The notes below the pieces were generated by a model. It was not told the origin of the DNA and searched no databases. It was given only the letters and a program-made list of their open reading frames with translations. A stretch of DNA of 64,000 bases from positions 3,296,001-3,360,000 of the forward strand of contig CAXXVL010000002.1 in the NCBI GenBank assembly GCA_963667845.2, read 5' to 3'. Source of the DNA: Smithellaceae bacterium. Lineage in GTDB: Bacteria; Desulfobacterota; Syntrophia; Syntrophales; Smithellaceae. The stretch's first letter is position 1. Every line of letters begins with the position of its first letter. Shown here in pieces: positions 9,964 to 19,188 of the stretch. The position numbers and the translations under genes were made by a program.

Positions 9964-10587
9964 TTATATCCACTTTAAAATGCCCGCAAACACGATCAGC
10001 ATCAAGACATCGACCACAAACAGCGCACCGATCACGGCTGTCTGCACTTTCGGTTTCCAGTCGTAGCACAGGAAAGACACCACGAAGAAAGGAATGTACA
10101 CGGTAACAAAGACCGGCAGCGCGCCCCACCAGGAATAAACCCAGTGAAACGCGGGCGTCTTGGCCAGAAAGATTTCAATGATCGAAAACAGGGCCGCATT
10201 GACCACGGCAAAAAAAATGCGGTTGTTAACACCGAATATTTTCATCTTGGGATCGGGAGGAAGGATTTTGGAAACCACCAGACCCGCTATGGAAAACATC
10301 AGACTGAGCTCTATCCCGACACCGACGAGGAGCAGAAACGACGTGCCGGCCGGCACCGTCCAGAGCGCATGTCCGCTTCCATGCTGGATCAGGGCATTCA
10401 CTATCTCATAAAACCAGTGCACGAAGTAAAGCGAAAGTCCGGCGGCGATCCCCTGCCAGTTTTTTTTGCTGATTTCGTTCGTGTAAACATAGATCACCAG
10501 GGCCAGAAGCGCAATGACATACCATTGAAAATTTTCCCCGCTGCGCAGGATGTCGAGCGCCTGCCGGGTTAATTCGGGCTGATTCAT
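9964..10587 (-). CDS. hypothetical integral membrane protein
   Basis: About 6 hydrophobic segments; ATG 10587 after GAGGAG. Confidence 0.8.
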   Translation of the reverse strand: MNQPELTRQALDILRSGENFQWYVIALLALVIYVYTNEISKKNWQGIAAGLSLYFVHWFYEIVNALIQHGSGHALWTVPAGTSFLLLVGVGIELSLMFSIAGLVVSKILPPDPKMKIFGVNNRIFFAVVNAALFSIIEIFLAKTPAFHWVYSWWGALPVFVTVYIPFFVVSFLCYDWKPKVQTAVIGALFVVDVLMLIVFAGILKWI

Positions 10588-10830
10588 AAAATCTCCTCTT
10601 GAGGATCGTCTGGATCCGGCGAACTCTCTTCTCCGACTTGGCCTGGCAGGCGAATCGGGCATTCCGACCGTTGCATGCTAACCTGTGATATTCAATAACA
10701 CAAACGGGGGGCAAAGAAAATCAATCATTGTTCAGGCAATAATTAATTTGACAATATCCCCGGGGAATACTATCCAACCGGACATCGATATTTGGGTGAC
10801 AGATAAAATCCATTTTAGAGGAGTGAACAT

Positions 10831-11631
10831 ATGAGTAAAAGATTGGAAAACAAAGTGGCGGTCATCACCGGCGGCACAAGCGGCATCGGTGAAGCAACGG
10901 CCGAGGTCTTCGTATCCGAAGGCGCAAAGGTCATCATCGCGGGACGCTCGGAAGAAAAAGGTGCCGCCATCGCCAAACGCCTGGGGGCCAATGTCGTTTA
11001 TCAAAAGACGGACGTCATGGTGGAAGCGGACATCAAGGCCCTGATCGATCTGGCAGTTTCGCGTTTCGGAAAACTGGACTGCCTGTTTAACAACGCCGGC
11101 GGCCCCGACCGCGGCACGCTGGAGACAGTGACCCCCGAAGATTTTAACTACAGCATGAACCTGCTCCTGGGCGCCGTTGTTTTCGGCATGAAGCATGCGG
11201 CCCCCGTCATGAAGGCGCAGGGCGGCGGCTGCATTATCAACAACTCCAGCGTTGCGGCTATCCGGATGAACCAGGGCGGCTATCTCTACACGGCAGCCAA
11301 AGCGGCGGTCACCCATATTACAAGGTTAGCCGGCACCCAGCTGGGCCCCTTCGGCATCCGGGTCAACAGCATCTCGCCCGGCGCGATCGCCACGCCCATC
11401 TTCTGGGGCGGATCACAGGCAGCCAATAAATTGTCGGACGAGCAAAACGCCCGCAAAATGGAAAAGTTGAAAGCCAGCCTCGCCAAGGCAACACCGTTGC
11501 CCCGCGCCGGCCTGGACAAAGACATCGCCTTCGGTGCGCTTTTCCTGGCGTCCGATGAAGGGAGCTTTGTCAATTGCCATGACCTGGTTGTGGACGGCGG
11601 CAGAACGTCGCTCTTCCGCGAAGGGGCATAA
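10831..11631 (+). CDS. short-chain dehydrogenase/reductase (SDR)
   Basis: TGGTSGIG, NNAG, YTAAK, NSISPG motifs; GAGGAG SD. Confidence 0.95.
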   Translation: MSKRLENKVAVITGGTSGIGEATAEVFVSEGAKVIIAGRSEEKGAAIAKRLGANVVYQKTDVMVEADIKALIDLAVSRFGKLDCLFNNAGGPDRGTLETVTPEDFNYSMNLLLGAVVFGMKHAAPVMKAQGGGCIINNSSVAAIRMNQGGYLYTAAKAAVTHITRLAGTQLGPFGIRVNSISPGAIATPIFWGGSQAANKLSDEQNARKMEKLKASLAKATPLPRAGLDKDIAFGALFLASDEGSFVNCHDLVVDGGRTSLFREGA

Positions 11632-11689
11632 GGAGCCGATCACAGATCAAAGCGTCAGGCCGGCCGTGCAAAGGCACCGAGACCCTTCC

Positions 11690-11735
11690 AATAAAAAAAG
11701 CCGGTTCACTAATAAAATGAACCGGCTTTTTTATT
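11690..11735. terminator. bidirectional rho-independent terminator
   Basis: AATAAAAAAAGCCGGTTCA-loop-TGAACCGGCTTTTTTATT between convergent SDR and HU genes. Confidence 0.85.
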
Positions 11736-11752
11736 CATAATGACAAATAAAT

Positions 11753-12022
11753 TTATTTAACTGCGTCCTTCAAACCCTTGCCTGCTTTGAAAACCGGAAC
11801 CTTCTTGGCGGCGATTTTGATGGCTTCGCCCGTCTGCGGGTTTCTGCCTTTGCGAGCCTTTCTCTTGCTCACGGAGAAGGTGCCGAATCCCACCAATGTT
11901 ACGCTGTCACCCTTTTTGAGGGCTTTCTGGATTGCCGCCAATGTCGCACTAACCGCTGCATCAGCCTCTTTCTTCGTGCATGTTGCCTTTGCTACTTCTT
12001 CGATTAACTCTGCTCTGTTCAT
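11753..12022 (-). CDS. hup: DNA-binding protein HU
   Basis: [11 protein letters not shown]...[26 protein letters not shown]...[14 protein letters not shown]. Confidence 0.95.
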   Translation of the reverse strand: MNRAELIEEVAKATCTKKEADAAVSATLAAIQKALKKGDSVTLVGFGTFSVSKRKARKGRNPQTGEAIKIAAKKVPVFKAGKGLKDAVK

Positions 12023-12126
12023 TGGACACCCCTTTTTAAGTTTTATTTTTGGAAAACAGGTTACTGAAATTAACCCTTATTTAAAAAAAAATCCACCTTT
12101 TTTTTAACAAAATAAAGTGACCGAAA

Positions 12127-13116
12127 TCACCTCAACTTCTGTCTGGACGCGTGTTCCTTATAGTGTTTCGCGCCAAATATCAAATCCTGCTTTTTAATAA
12201 ATACTTCCGTATCGGGCGGCACGGAATGGGTGAGCCAGACGTTGCCGCCGATCACGGACCGGGCGCCGACAATCGTGTCACCGCCCAGGATCGTGGCGTT
12301 TGCGTATATGATGACATCGTCTTCAATCGAGGGATGGCGCTTTTTCGATCTCAATCGCCGGCACTCCGCTTTGGACAAAGAAAGAGCTCCCAGTGTAACC
12401 CCCTGATAGATCCGCACGCGGTCACCGATCGTACAGGTCTCGCCGATAACGACGCCGGTTCCATGGTCAATAAAGAAACTTTCGCCGATATGAGCCCCCG
12501 GATGAATGTCAATGCCGGTGCGGCTGTGAGCGTATTCCGTCATGATCCGCGGCATGAGCGGAATCGACAGGTGATACAGTTCGTGGGCGATCCGGTAAAC
12601 CATAATCGCCCAGATCCCTGGATAACTGAAGATGATCTCGTCATATCCTTTGGCAGCCGGATCGCCGTCAAAGGCGGCACGGATATCGTTCGCCAGCATC
12701 GCGCGCAACCCGGGCAGCTTCCGGAGGAATTCCAGGGACAGCTTATGTCCCAGAGGCTCGCAATGAACACAGGACTGATTGTGACGGATACAGTCATGAC
12801 GGATAGCCAGAATCACCTGTTCCGAGAGGATCTCGTACAAGGCAATCATCTGCTGGCCAAGATAATATTCCAGGTTATTGGAATCCAGTCTTGTGCGGAT
12901 AAAATAGCCCGGATAGAGGATCAGCCCCAGGCGGCGCAGAATATCGATCATCGATTCCCGGGACGGAATCGGTTCGGCGCTGACATGATCGAAACACCCC
13001 TCTTTACTGCATGTGGCGACCAGTTCGTCAACAATGGCGGGCACTTCATCCCGGTAATTTTTCGCCGATTTTATTTCATTTTTACACTTATTCCCGTTTT
13101 TATCGGAACGCTTCAT
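12127..13116 (-). CDS. cysE: serine O-acetyltransferase
   Basis: [43 protein letters not shown]; start 13116 or 13134. Confidence 0.92.
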   Translation of the reverse strand: MKRSDKNGNKCKNEIKSAKNYRDEVPAIVDELVATCSKEGCFDHVSAEPIPSRESMIDILRRLGLILYPGYFIRTRLDSNNLEYYLGQQMIALYEILSEQVILAIRHDCIRHNQSCVHCEPLGHKLSLEFLRKLPGLRAMLANDIRAAFDGDPAAKGYDEIIFSYPGIWAIMVYRIAHELYHLSIPLMPRIMTEYAHSRTGIDIHPGAHIGESFFIDHGTGVVIGETCTIGDRVRIYQGVTLGALSLSKAECRRLRSKKRHPSIEDDVIIYANATILGGDTIVGARSVIGGNVWLTHSVPPDTEVFIKKQDLIFGAKHYKEHASRQKLR

Positions 13117-13270
13117 CAGTCTTCTGCCTCTCATATTCCAGAGTCGGAACCGCTATGATGACCGGCCGGTCATTTAAAGCCATTTCCCGATCCAAGTAAA
13201 TGTAAAAGCTGTCAATAGTCCGGAGTGGGGAACGGTCGGGGCCGCTCCCCATATTTGCCTTGTGGCGCTA

Positions 13271-14452
13271 CTACTGCGCATTGCAGGCCTGGGTCGCATT
13301 GTTCCAGAACGGAGACATTCCGCGCAGTCTTTCGATGATCGCGGGCATTTTATCGATGACAAAGTCGACTTCCTCTTCAGTGTTGTTAATGCTCAGGCTG
13401 AAACGGACAGAGCCGTGCGCCATCGTAAAAGGAACCCCCATCGCCCGGAGGACGTGCGACGGCTGCAGCGATCCGGACGTGCAGGCCGACCCGGATGACG
13501 CGCAGATGCCGAGCTCGTTCATCAGAAGGAGGATCGCCTCGCCTTCCACGAATTCAAAGCTGATGTTCGTGGTGTTGGGCAGACGGTTCACAATATCGCC
13601 GTTGACCCGGCTTTGCGGAATTCGCTTTAAAAGTTCGTTTTCCAGCTTGTCACGCAGCCGTTTTACATAAGTATTTTCCTTCTCCATATTTTTTGCCGCC
13701 AGTTCGCAGGCTTTCCCCAATCCGACAATGCTGGGCGTATTCTCGGTTCCGCCGCGCCGTTCTTTTTCCTGGTGCCCGCCTATCAGAAACGGCGAAAACT
13801 TGGTCCCGCGCCGGATATAAAGCACGCCGATGCCTTTCGGGGCATGCAGCTTGTGACCGGAAATGGAGAGCATGTCAATGACGTTGTTCTTCATATTGAT
13901 GGGAATTTTCCCCGTTGCCTGAACAGCATCGGTATGGAACAGAATCCCTTTTTCATGCGCCAGTTTCGCCGCGTCCTGAACCGGGAAAATCACGCCCGTT
14001 TCGTTGTTGCCCCACATCAGGCTGACGATTGCGGTATCCGGCGTCAGACTCTTTTCCAGGTTTTCCAGATCCAGAATCCCGTTTTTATCCACCGGCAGTT
14101 CGGTAATCTTATATCCCTGCGTTCCCAGATGAGAGCAGAGGGTTCGAACAGCCGGATGCTCCACCCGGCTGATCACGATATGTTTTTTATCGGGCCTCGT
14201 CATCAAGGCGGATCGGATCGCGGAATTGTCGCTTTCGGTCCCGCAGCTGGTAAACACGATTTCTTCCGGCAACGAACCCAGCAGTGCCGCCACCTGTTCG
14301 CGCGCCGAGCGGATCCTCTGGCCGACCTGGCCGCCGAAAGTATGCATGCTGGAAGGATTGCCGTAAAGCTCGCGGAAATAAGGCATCATGGCGTCCAGCA
14401 CTTCCTCGGCCACCTGTGTTGTGGCATTGTTATCGAGATAAATGGTTTTCAT
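13271..14452 (-). CDS. nifS: cysteine desulfurase NifS
   Basis: YLDNNATT, GNPSS, HTDAVQ, SGHKLHAPKG, SSGSACTSGSLQPSHVL. Confidence 0.95.
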   Translation of the reverse strand: MKTIYLDNNATTQVAEEVLDAMMPYFRELYGNPSSMHTFGGQVGQRIRSAREQVAALLGSLPEEIVFTSCGTESDNSAIRSALMTRPDKKHIVISRVEHPAVRTLCSHLGTQGYKITELPVDKNGILDLENLEKSLTPDTAIVSLMWGNNETGVIFPVQDAAKLAHEKGILFHTDAVQATGKIPINMKNNVIDMLSISGHKLHAPKGIGVLYIRRGTKFSPFLIGGHQEKERRGGTENTPSIVGLGKACELAAKNMEKENTYVKRLRDKLENELLKRIPQSRVNGDIVNRLPNTTNISFEFVEGEAILLLMNELGICASSGSACTSGSLQPSHVLRAMGVPFTMAHGSVRFSLSINNTEEEVDFVIDKMPAIIERLRGMSPFWNNATQACNAQ

Positions 14453-15273
14453 TTGGCGGCCTCCTCAACATTAATATCCGGCGAGACAAGCTCTCTGAGC
14501 CTATGTTCGACAAAATCCTTCAGAGTGATGTTCGATGCCTTGCAGCTCGCACACGCTCCGCGCAGGGCCACAACCACCCGGTTGCCGATGATATCCAGGA
14601 TCTCGATATCCCCGCCGTCCTGTTTCAGTGAAGGCCGGATTTCCCTCTCTATCGTTTCTTCGATCAGCCGGATTTTCTGGAGATTCGTGAGTTTTGGCTT
14701 GCTGCCCGCTTTCGGCTCCGCCTTCACCCGCTCGATGATCTGGGCAATGGCATCCTGACAACCCCCACAGCCGCCGCCGGCCTTGGTATAATTGGTGACA
14801 TCCTCGACGGTGGAGAGGTTGTTCTCCCGGATCGCCTTCTCGATTTCTTTATCCGTCACACCGAAGCATTCACAGATGATTTTTTCGCCGGTCGCCAGTG
14901 CCGGAGCACCCTTGTAATTTTCTACAGCCTTTTCCAGCGCCTGCTTGCCCATCACCGAGCAGTGCATTTTTTCGTCCGGCAGCCCGCCCAGATACTGGGC
15001 AATATCCTGATTGGTGACTTTGAGCGCTTCTTCCAGAGTCATCCCCTTGATAATGTCCGTCAGCGCGGATGACGTCGCAATGGCGCTTGCGCAACCGAAT
15101 GTTTTGAATTTGGCTTCCTTGATGCGTTTGTTTTCATCCAGCTTGAATGTCAGTTTCAACGCATCTCCGCAGGCCAGCGACCCGACTTCTGCCACGCCGT
15201 CCGGATTTTCGATTTCGCCCACATTGTGCGGATTGAGAAAATGCTCTTTGACCTTGTCCGTATATTCCCACAT
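14449..15273 (-). CDS. nifU: Fe-S cluster assembly scaffold NifU (three-domain)
   Basis: MWEYTDKVKEHF, ACGD, FGCASA, KMHCS; CECFGV...AGGGCGGC; C-terminal DGGD...GACASC. Confidence 0.95.
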   Translation of the reverse strand: MWEYTDKVKEHFLNPHNVGEIENPDGVAEVGSLACGDALKLTFKLDENKRIKEAKFKTFGCASAIATSSALTDIIKGMTLEEALKVTNQDIAQYLGGLPDEKMHCSVMGKQALEKAVENYKGAPALATGEKIICECFGVTDKEIEKAIRENNLSTVEDVTNYTKAGGGCGGCQDAIAQIIERVKAEPKAGSKPKLTNLQKIRLIEETIEREIRPSLKQDGGDIEILDIIGNRVVVALRGACASCKASNITLKDFVEHRLRELVSPDINVEEAAK

Positions 15274-15540
15274 AAACACTCCTTAAATCTGCTCTGAATC
15301 AATCTGTTTGCTGTGTCTGTACCGATGCAACTTGAAAAGATAATTAAAATTAATCCTTTTCAATTGCAAGTTTTTTTATAGTGTTTAGTAACTAAACGAT
15401 TTAACGCGGATTTAATTTAGGTCAACATTGCTTACTGTCAATGATGGATTCTCCCTTTATACGAAAAGATGATCCATTTTCATTCATCTTCTTTTAGGGT
15501 AGTCTAAGAGCCGAAACAAACAGGAAAGGAGCTTGAATCT

Positions 15541-15996
15541 ATGATGAAAGGGAAAGCGCTGTTCTTCTATGTTGGCCTGTCTCTGATGATGCCTGCATTG
15601 CTGTGCGCGGAAAGAATGACTGACAACTGGCATTTGACCGGCTATACAAAATATCGTGATGCCGTTTTTGCCGATGCCGCTCGCCTGAGCTCCCCCGCTC
15701 CGGGAATAACGGCCACATGGATTAAGATTGCTCCCTCGAAACGAAGTCAATATCTGGGGTTGATCAACGAATACTTAAGGACGGCTCACAAAGAGGCTAA
15801 GCGATTCAGATCCATAGAAATCCTTTGCGAAATCGATTGCGCAAAACACCTGATCCGCTTTACGAGATTCGTTTATCTGGATAACGACAGAAACACCATC
15901 CATGAAGCCTATGAAACCCGGCCGGTACAATACCTGATTAACGAAGGCAGCATCTGGTACCGGGTGGAAAATGAAGCCTGCTCAAAAAGAAAATGA
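15541..15996 (+). CDS. hypothetical exported protein (surface-adhesin-E-like pattern)
   Basis: N-terminal signal peptide; EIDCAKH motif and C-terminal Cys. Confidence 0.6.
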   Translation: MMKGKALFFYVGLSLMMPALLCAERMTDNWHLTGYTKYRDAVFADAARLSSPAPGITATWIKIAPSKRSQYLGLINEYLRTAHKEAKRFRSIEILCEIDCAKHLIRFTRFVYLDNDRNTIHEAYETRPVQYLINEGSIWYRVENEACSKRK

Positions 15997-16072
15997 AAAC
16001 GGACTCCCGTATTCGTGTCCTTCGGAGTATGCGATACTCTTCATCGTCAGCCTGGGAATCATCACCGCGTCC

Positions 16073-16217
16073 GTCATACCGGCGAATACCATGAAGGGAA
16101 CGAGTGCCGGTATCTCCGGGTTTGCACCCAGCAGATGACGCCGGTTGAGGGCAATTGCGCCGGGAACCGGTACTGAATTTCTGGATTCCGGGTTGCGCTT
16201 CGCTTTCCCGGAATTAC
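16073..16217. repeat. REP-like palindromic element (degenerate)
   Basis: GTCATACCGGC...GCCGGTATC at left and CTGGATTCCGGG...CCCGGAATTAC at right, between convergent genes. Confidence 0.5.
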
Positions 16218-16255
16218 AGAATGGCTCAATATCTTTGTGCTGCCGGTAACAGTGA

Positions 16256-17161
16256 TTATTGATGCTGCAACCCGGCAATGTGCTTCACCTGGGCGCTCAG
16301 GTTGGTCATATACGCAAACCGTTCCTGGAAGATGCCGCCCTTGACGTCGTATTCGGCGTGAGCCATGTCCAGAATCGCCTTTTCTACATCGCCGCCGGCC
16401 GCGTGCAGATAGCTTTCAATGAGCTCGCGGTAGCCGAATGTCTCGGCAAGTGAACGCTGCAGGAAATCCGTCGCATCTTTATCGGTCAGCACCCAGCCGT
16501 GGGCCAGGCATATCAGTTCCGGCTTAAGAGAAATCATTCGTTTCAGGGAGTCGATGTAGTCCCGGTAGGATGACAGAAATTCGACCTGCATCTCGCTGCC
16601 GGTTTCACCCTGCAGCACACCGACGGCCTCGCTGGGAAACAAGGCTTTGATCTCCGGGAAGTAAAAAGCCAGCGAATCCCGCGTGTGCCCCGGCGTCTCA
16701 TACACATGGCAGGTGAGCCCGCCCAGGTCGAATTCATCACCCTCTCTGAGAACAATGTCGGTTGCAAAGGGATGCAGGTTCAGATCTTCGCCGCCGGTAT
16801 TGTACTTTAAGAGTTCGACATGATTGGCGCTGAGCCGGTTCATCATCTCCAGAACCGACGGCTTTTGCAGTAAACCGGCAAGCCGTTCATGAGCTCCGAT
16901 CTTCAAACCGGGAATACGCCGTTTCAAATAATACGCCGAACCGACATGATCGTAATGTGAATGCGTTAAAAAGAGATAATCGAGTCGTTCTGAATTGCAG
17001 AGGATTTCTTCAACTAACGAAAGATAACGGGGCGCCAGAAGATTAATCCCGGCGTCGATCATCAGATTCTTCCTGTCGCCCTGCACAACATAGACCGGGT
17101 ACCAGCTATTCGGAATCGCGGTAATCCGCTCGTGTACCCGCCCTTTTGCCTGCTTCTTCAT
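16256..17161 (-). CDS. MBL-fold metallo-hydrolase
   Basis: IDAG, THSHYDHVG, TPGHT, LAHG. Confidence 0.9.
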   Translation of the reverse strand: MKKQAKGRVHERITAIPNSWYPVYVVQGDRKNLMIDAGINLLAPRYLSLVEEILCNSERLDYLFLTHSHYDHVGSAYYLKRRIPGLKIGAHERLAGLLQKPSVLEMMNRLSANHVELLKYNTGGEDLNLHPFATDIVLREGDEFDLGGLTCHVYETPGHTRDSLAFYFPEIKALFPSEAVGVLQGETGSEMQVEFLSSYRDYIDSLKRMISLKPELICLAHGWVLTDKDATDFLQRSLAETFGYRELIESYLHAAGGDVEKAILDMAHAEYDVKGGIFQERFAYMTNLSAQVKHIAGLQHQ

Positions 17162-17260
17162 ACAAACCTTCTTTCCTGTTTATGATTTATCGCGCATCGG
17201 AAAAGCTGACCGAATAAGACCTGACGATTGCTTCCGGGCCAAATTCGCGATGGATGAACA

Positions 17261-18067
17261 TTATCCAACGGAAGACCTGATTCCGGCGATGACATCTTTC
17301 ACTTTCTGGATCAGAGAACTTTTGATACTGACCGTCAAATAGAGCTCTCCGGCTTCTCCTCCCCCGCGGCCGGGCTCTCCCATGCCCTTCAGGCGCAGTT
17401 GCTGTCCTGCCCTCGTGTTCGGGGGAATCGTTACAGACAGCTCCCGGCCCGCCTTTCTATTGAAGTATTGAATCTTTTCGCCAAGGCGGGCCTGGTCGGG
17501 AGAAAGCACGACAATATCCTTCAAATCTCCGCCTTTCTCCGGTAGTTCAATGCCCCATTTCTTTTTTAAGCCATATCGGATCAGTTTTTCCAGAAACCCG
17601 ACAAGCAGCGTGCTTTTTCCGGCGAGCTGGCCGCCGCAGAGGCCGCCCGCAAGGACCCGGCCAAATGTTCCCGGCTGCCGGAATTCAAAGGTGCTGCTGC
17701 CCGTGCCGTATGATTCGCGAAAGATGTCCTCAAAGCTCCGGTAGCCGAAGGCGCGGCTCAGTTCCTCAAATATCTGCTGAATGTCCGAACCCCTGAAGAT
17801 GTCCTGGTCGGAATGCGTCTGCCGGAACTGGCCGTAGGCCGCTGATCCGTACGTCTTTTTGAGTGAGTCATATTCTCTTCTTTTCTGTGGATCGGAAAGC
17901 ACGGCGTAGGACTCGTTGATCGCTTTCATCCGTTCCGCCGCCTCCGGGTTGTTCCGGTTTCTGTCCGGATGGTGCAGAAGCGCCAGTTTGCGGTAGGCGT
18001 CCCGGACCTGCTTGTGAGTGGCGTCATTCGTGATTCCCAGTATGTCATAGTAGTCTTTTTGTTCCAT
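17261..18067 (-). CDS. DnaJ-domain protein (CbpA-like, no zinc finger)
   Basis: KDYYDILG, HHPDRN, INESYAVLSDP; C-terminal QLRLKGMG...GELY. Confidence 0.9.
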   Translation of the reverse strand: MEQKDYYDILGITNDATHKQVRDAYRKLALLHHPDRNRNNPEAAERMKAINESYAVLSDPQKRREYDSLKKTYGSAAYGQFRQTHSDQDIFRGSDIQQIFEELSRAFGYRSFEDIFRESYGTGSSTFEFRQPGTFGRVLAGGLCGGQLAGKSTLLVGFLEKLIRYGLKKKWGIELPEKGGDLKDIVVLSPDQARLGEKIQYFNRKAGRELSVTIPPNTRAGQQLRLKGMGEPGRGGGEAGELYLTVSIKSSLIQKVKDVIAGIRSSVG

Positions 18068-18496
18068 TGTTTTCCGTTTCCGGGAGGGTCTCAGGCCCAT
18101 CCTGCTTTGTGTCGGCTTCCCTTAAAATCTTTCCGTCCGGCCTGAAGTGAGAAGGCAGTAATGCCGCTTGCGCTAAAAAACCCGCCATTTTTGGTCGTTT
18201 ACTCTTCGCGTGATTGTGCTCGGCAGCGGGAAATTGAACAAATTTTATAGGATACTTTATTTATTTGATATTCTCCGGTTCGATTTTTATTCATACCCTA
18301 AATATACCCAATATTTTTCTCTTTGTTTGTATTGTGTTTTATAGAGTTGGACTATGCTAATTTAAAAATAACAAAAAAACAATTTTTATCATATTTCGCC
18401 CATGATATTGCACGCTAAAGAACAAGTCATTTGCACTCAGACAGATTTTCCAATTCCTGCATTTTAGTTCAGTAACCTGGATATTTCTTCCGTAAA

Positions 18497-18881
18497 TCAT
18501 CTGTATTTTTTGAAACGAACAAAGAGATCGCCGGCGATTTCTGTGATGACATCTTTCAATTTCAATTCTTCGAGCCAGTGAGTGGGTATCCCCGCACTTC
18601 CCTGTATGGCTCCGATGACATTGCCTGTGATTGATCCCCTGCCGTCAGAGTCGTCGCTCTGATTAACGGATAGACAAATACCCTTGCGAAACCCCGTCTG
18701 CAGCCAGAGCGCGGTGAAGCGAAGTCGCGAGAGCCTCCTCGCCAACCCAACCGCCGCCAATCCTTTCAATCACATCAGGACCCGGTTCTTGGTTTTTCTT
18801 CTTCCAGAAGTCTGGCGCGAGTTTGATAACCATGAGCGTTTCTTCAGGCCCCTTGTATTGCCTGAGAATGGGCGCATTCAA
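18497..18881 (-). pseudogene. ADP-ribosylglycohydrolase C-terminal fragment, frameshifted
   Basis: IGGGWVGEEALA..LHRALA in one frame continues as FRKGICLSVNQSDDSDGRGSITGNVIGAIQG..GIPTHWL in another; no N-terminal half. Confidence 0.75.
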
Positions 18882-19130
18882 GATGATATTTTGAGGATAT
18901 CGGATTGAAAGAAAGTGACTTTGACAATCTGTGAACTAAAATCTCCACAATGCCTGCTCGCCAACCTGTGATTCGAGAACGCAGGGAACAGCGTCATCAA
19001 AATCTCGATAATGACTTGATTGTATAAATTTCCAATATACTCGCCTGAGATCTCAGCTGTATTTCTGAGCGCGCTATCCTTCTGCCTACGAAATGGAATA
19101 TCCCCCTCAACTTCAATGCAACGCAACATA

Positions 19131-19162
19131 AAAAACGGGCCGACCTGATGCCGGCCGGCCCT
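19131..19162 (-). terminator. rho-independent terminator of flavoprotein gene
   Basis: Minus strand GGGCCGGCC-loop-GGTCGGCCC followed by GTTTTTT. Confidence 0.65.
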
Positions 19163-19188
19163 CATCGGTGCCTCTTGTGTCCAGCACT

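Noticed and set aside
12151..14758. Plus-strand ORFs 12151-13158 and 13772-14758
   Set aside because: Antisense shadows of cysE and nifS/nifU
13271..15273. nifU/nifS as evidence of nitrogen fixation
   Set aside because: No nitrogenase genes in the window; NIF-type Fe-S systems also occur in non-diazotrophic anaerobes
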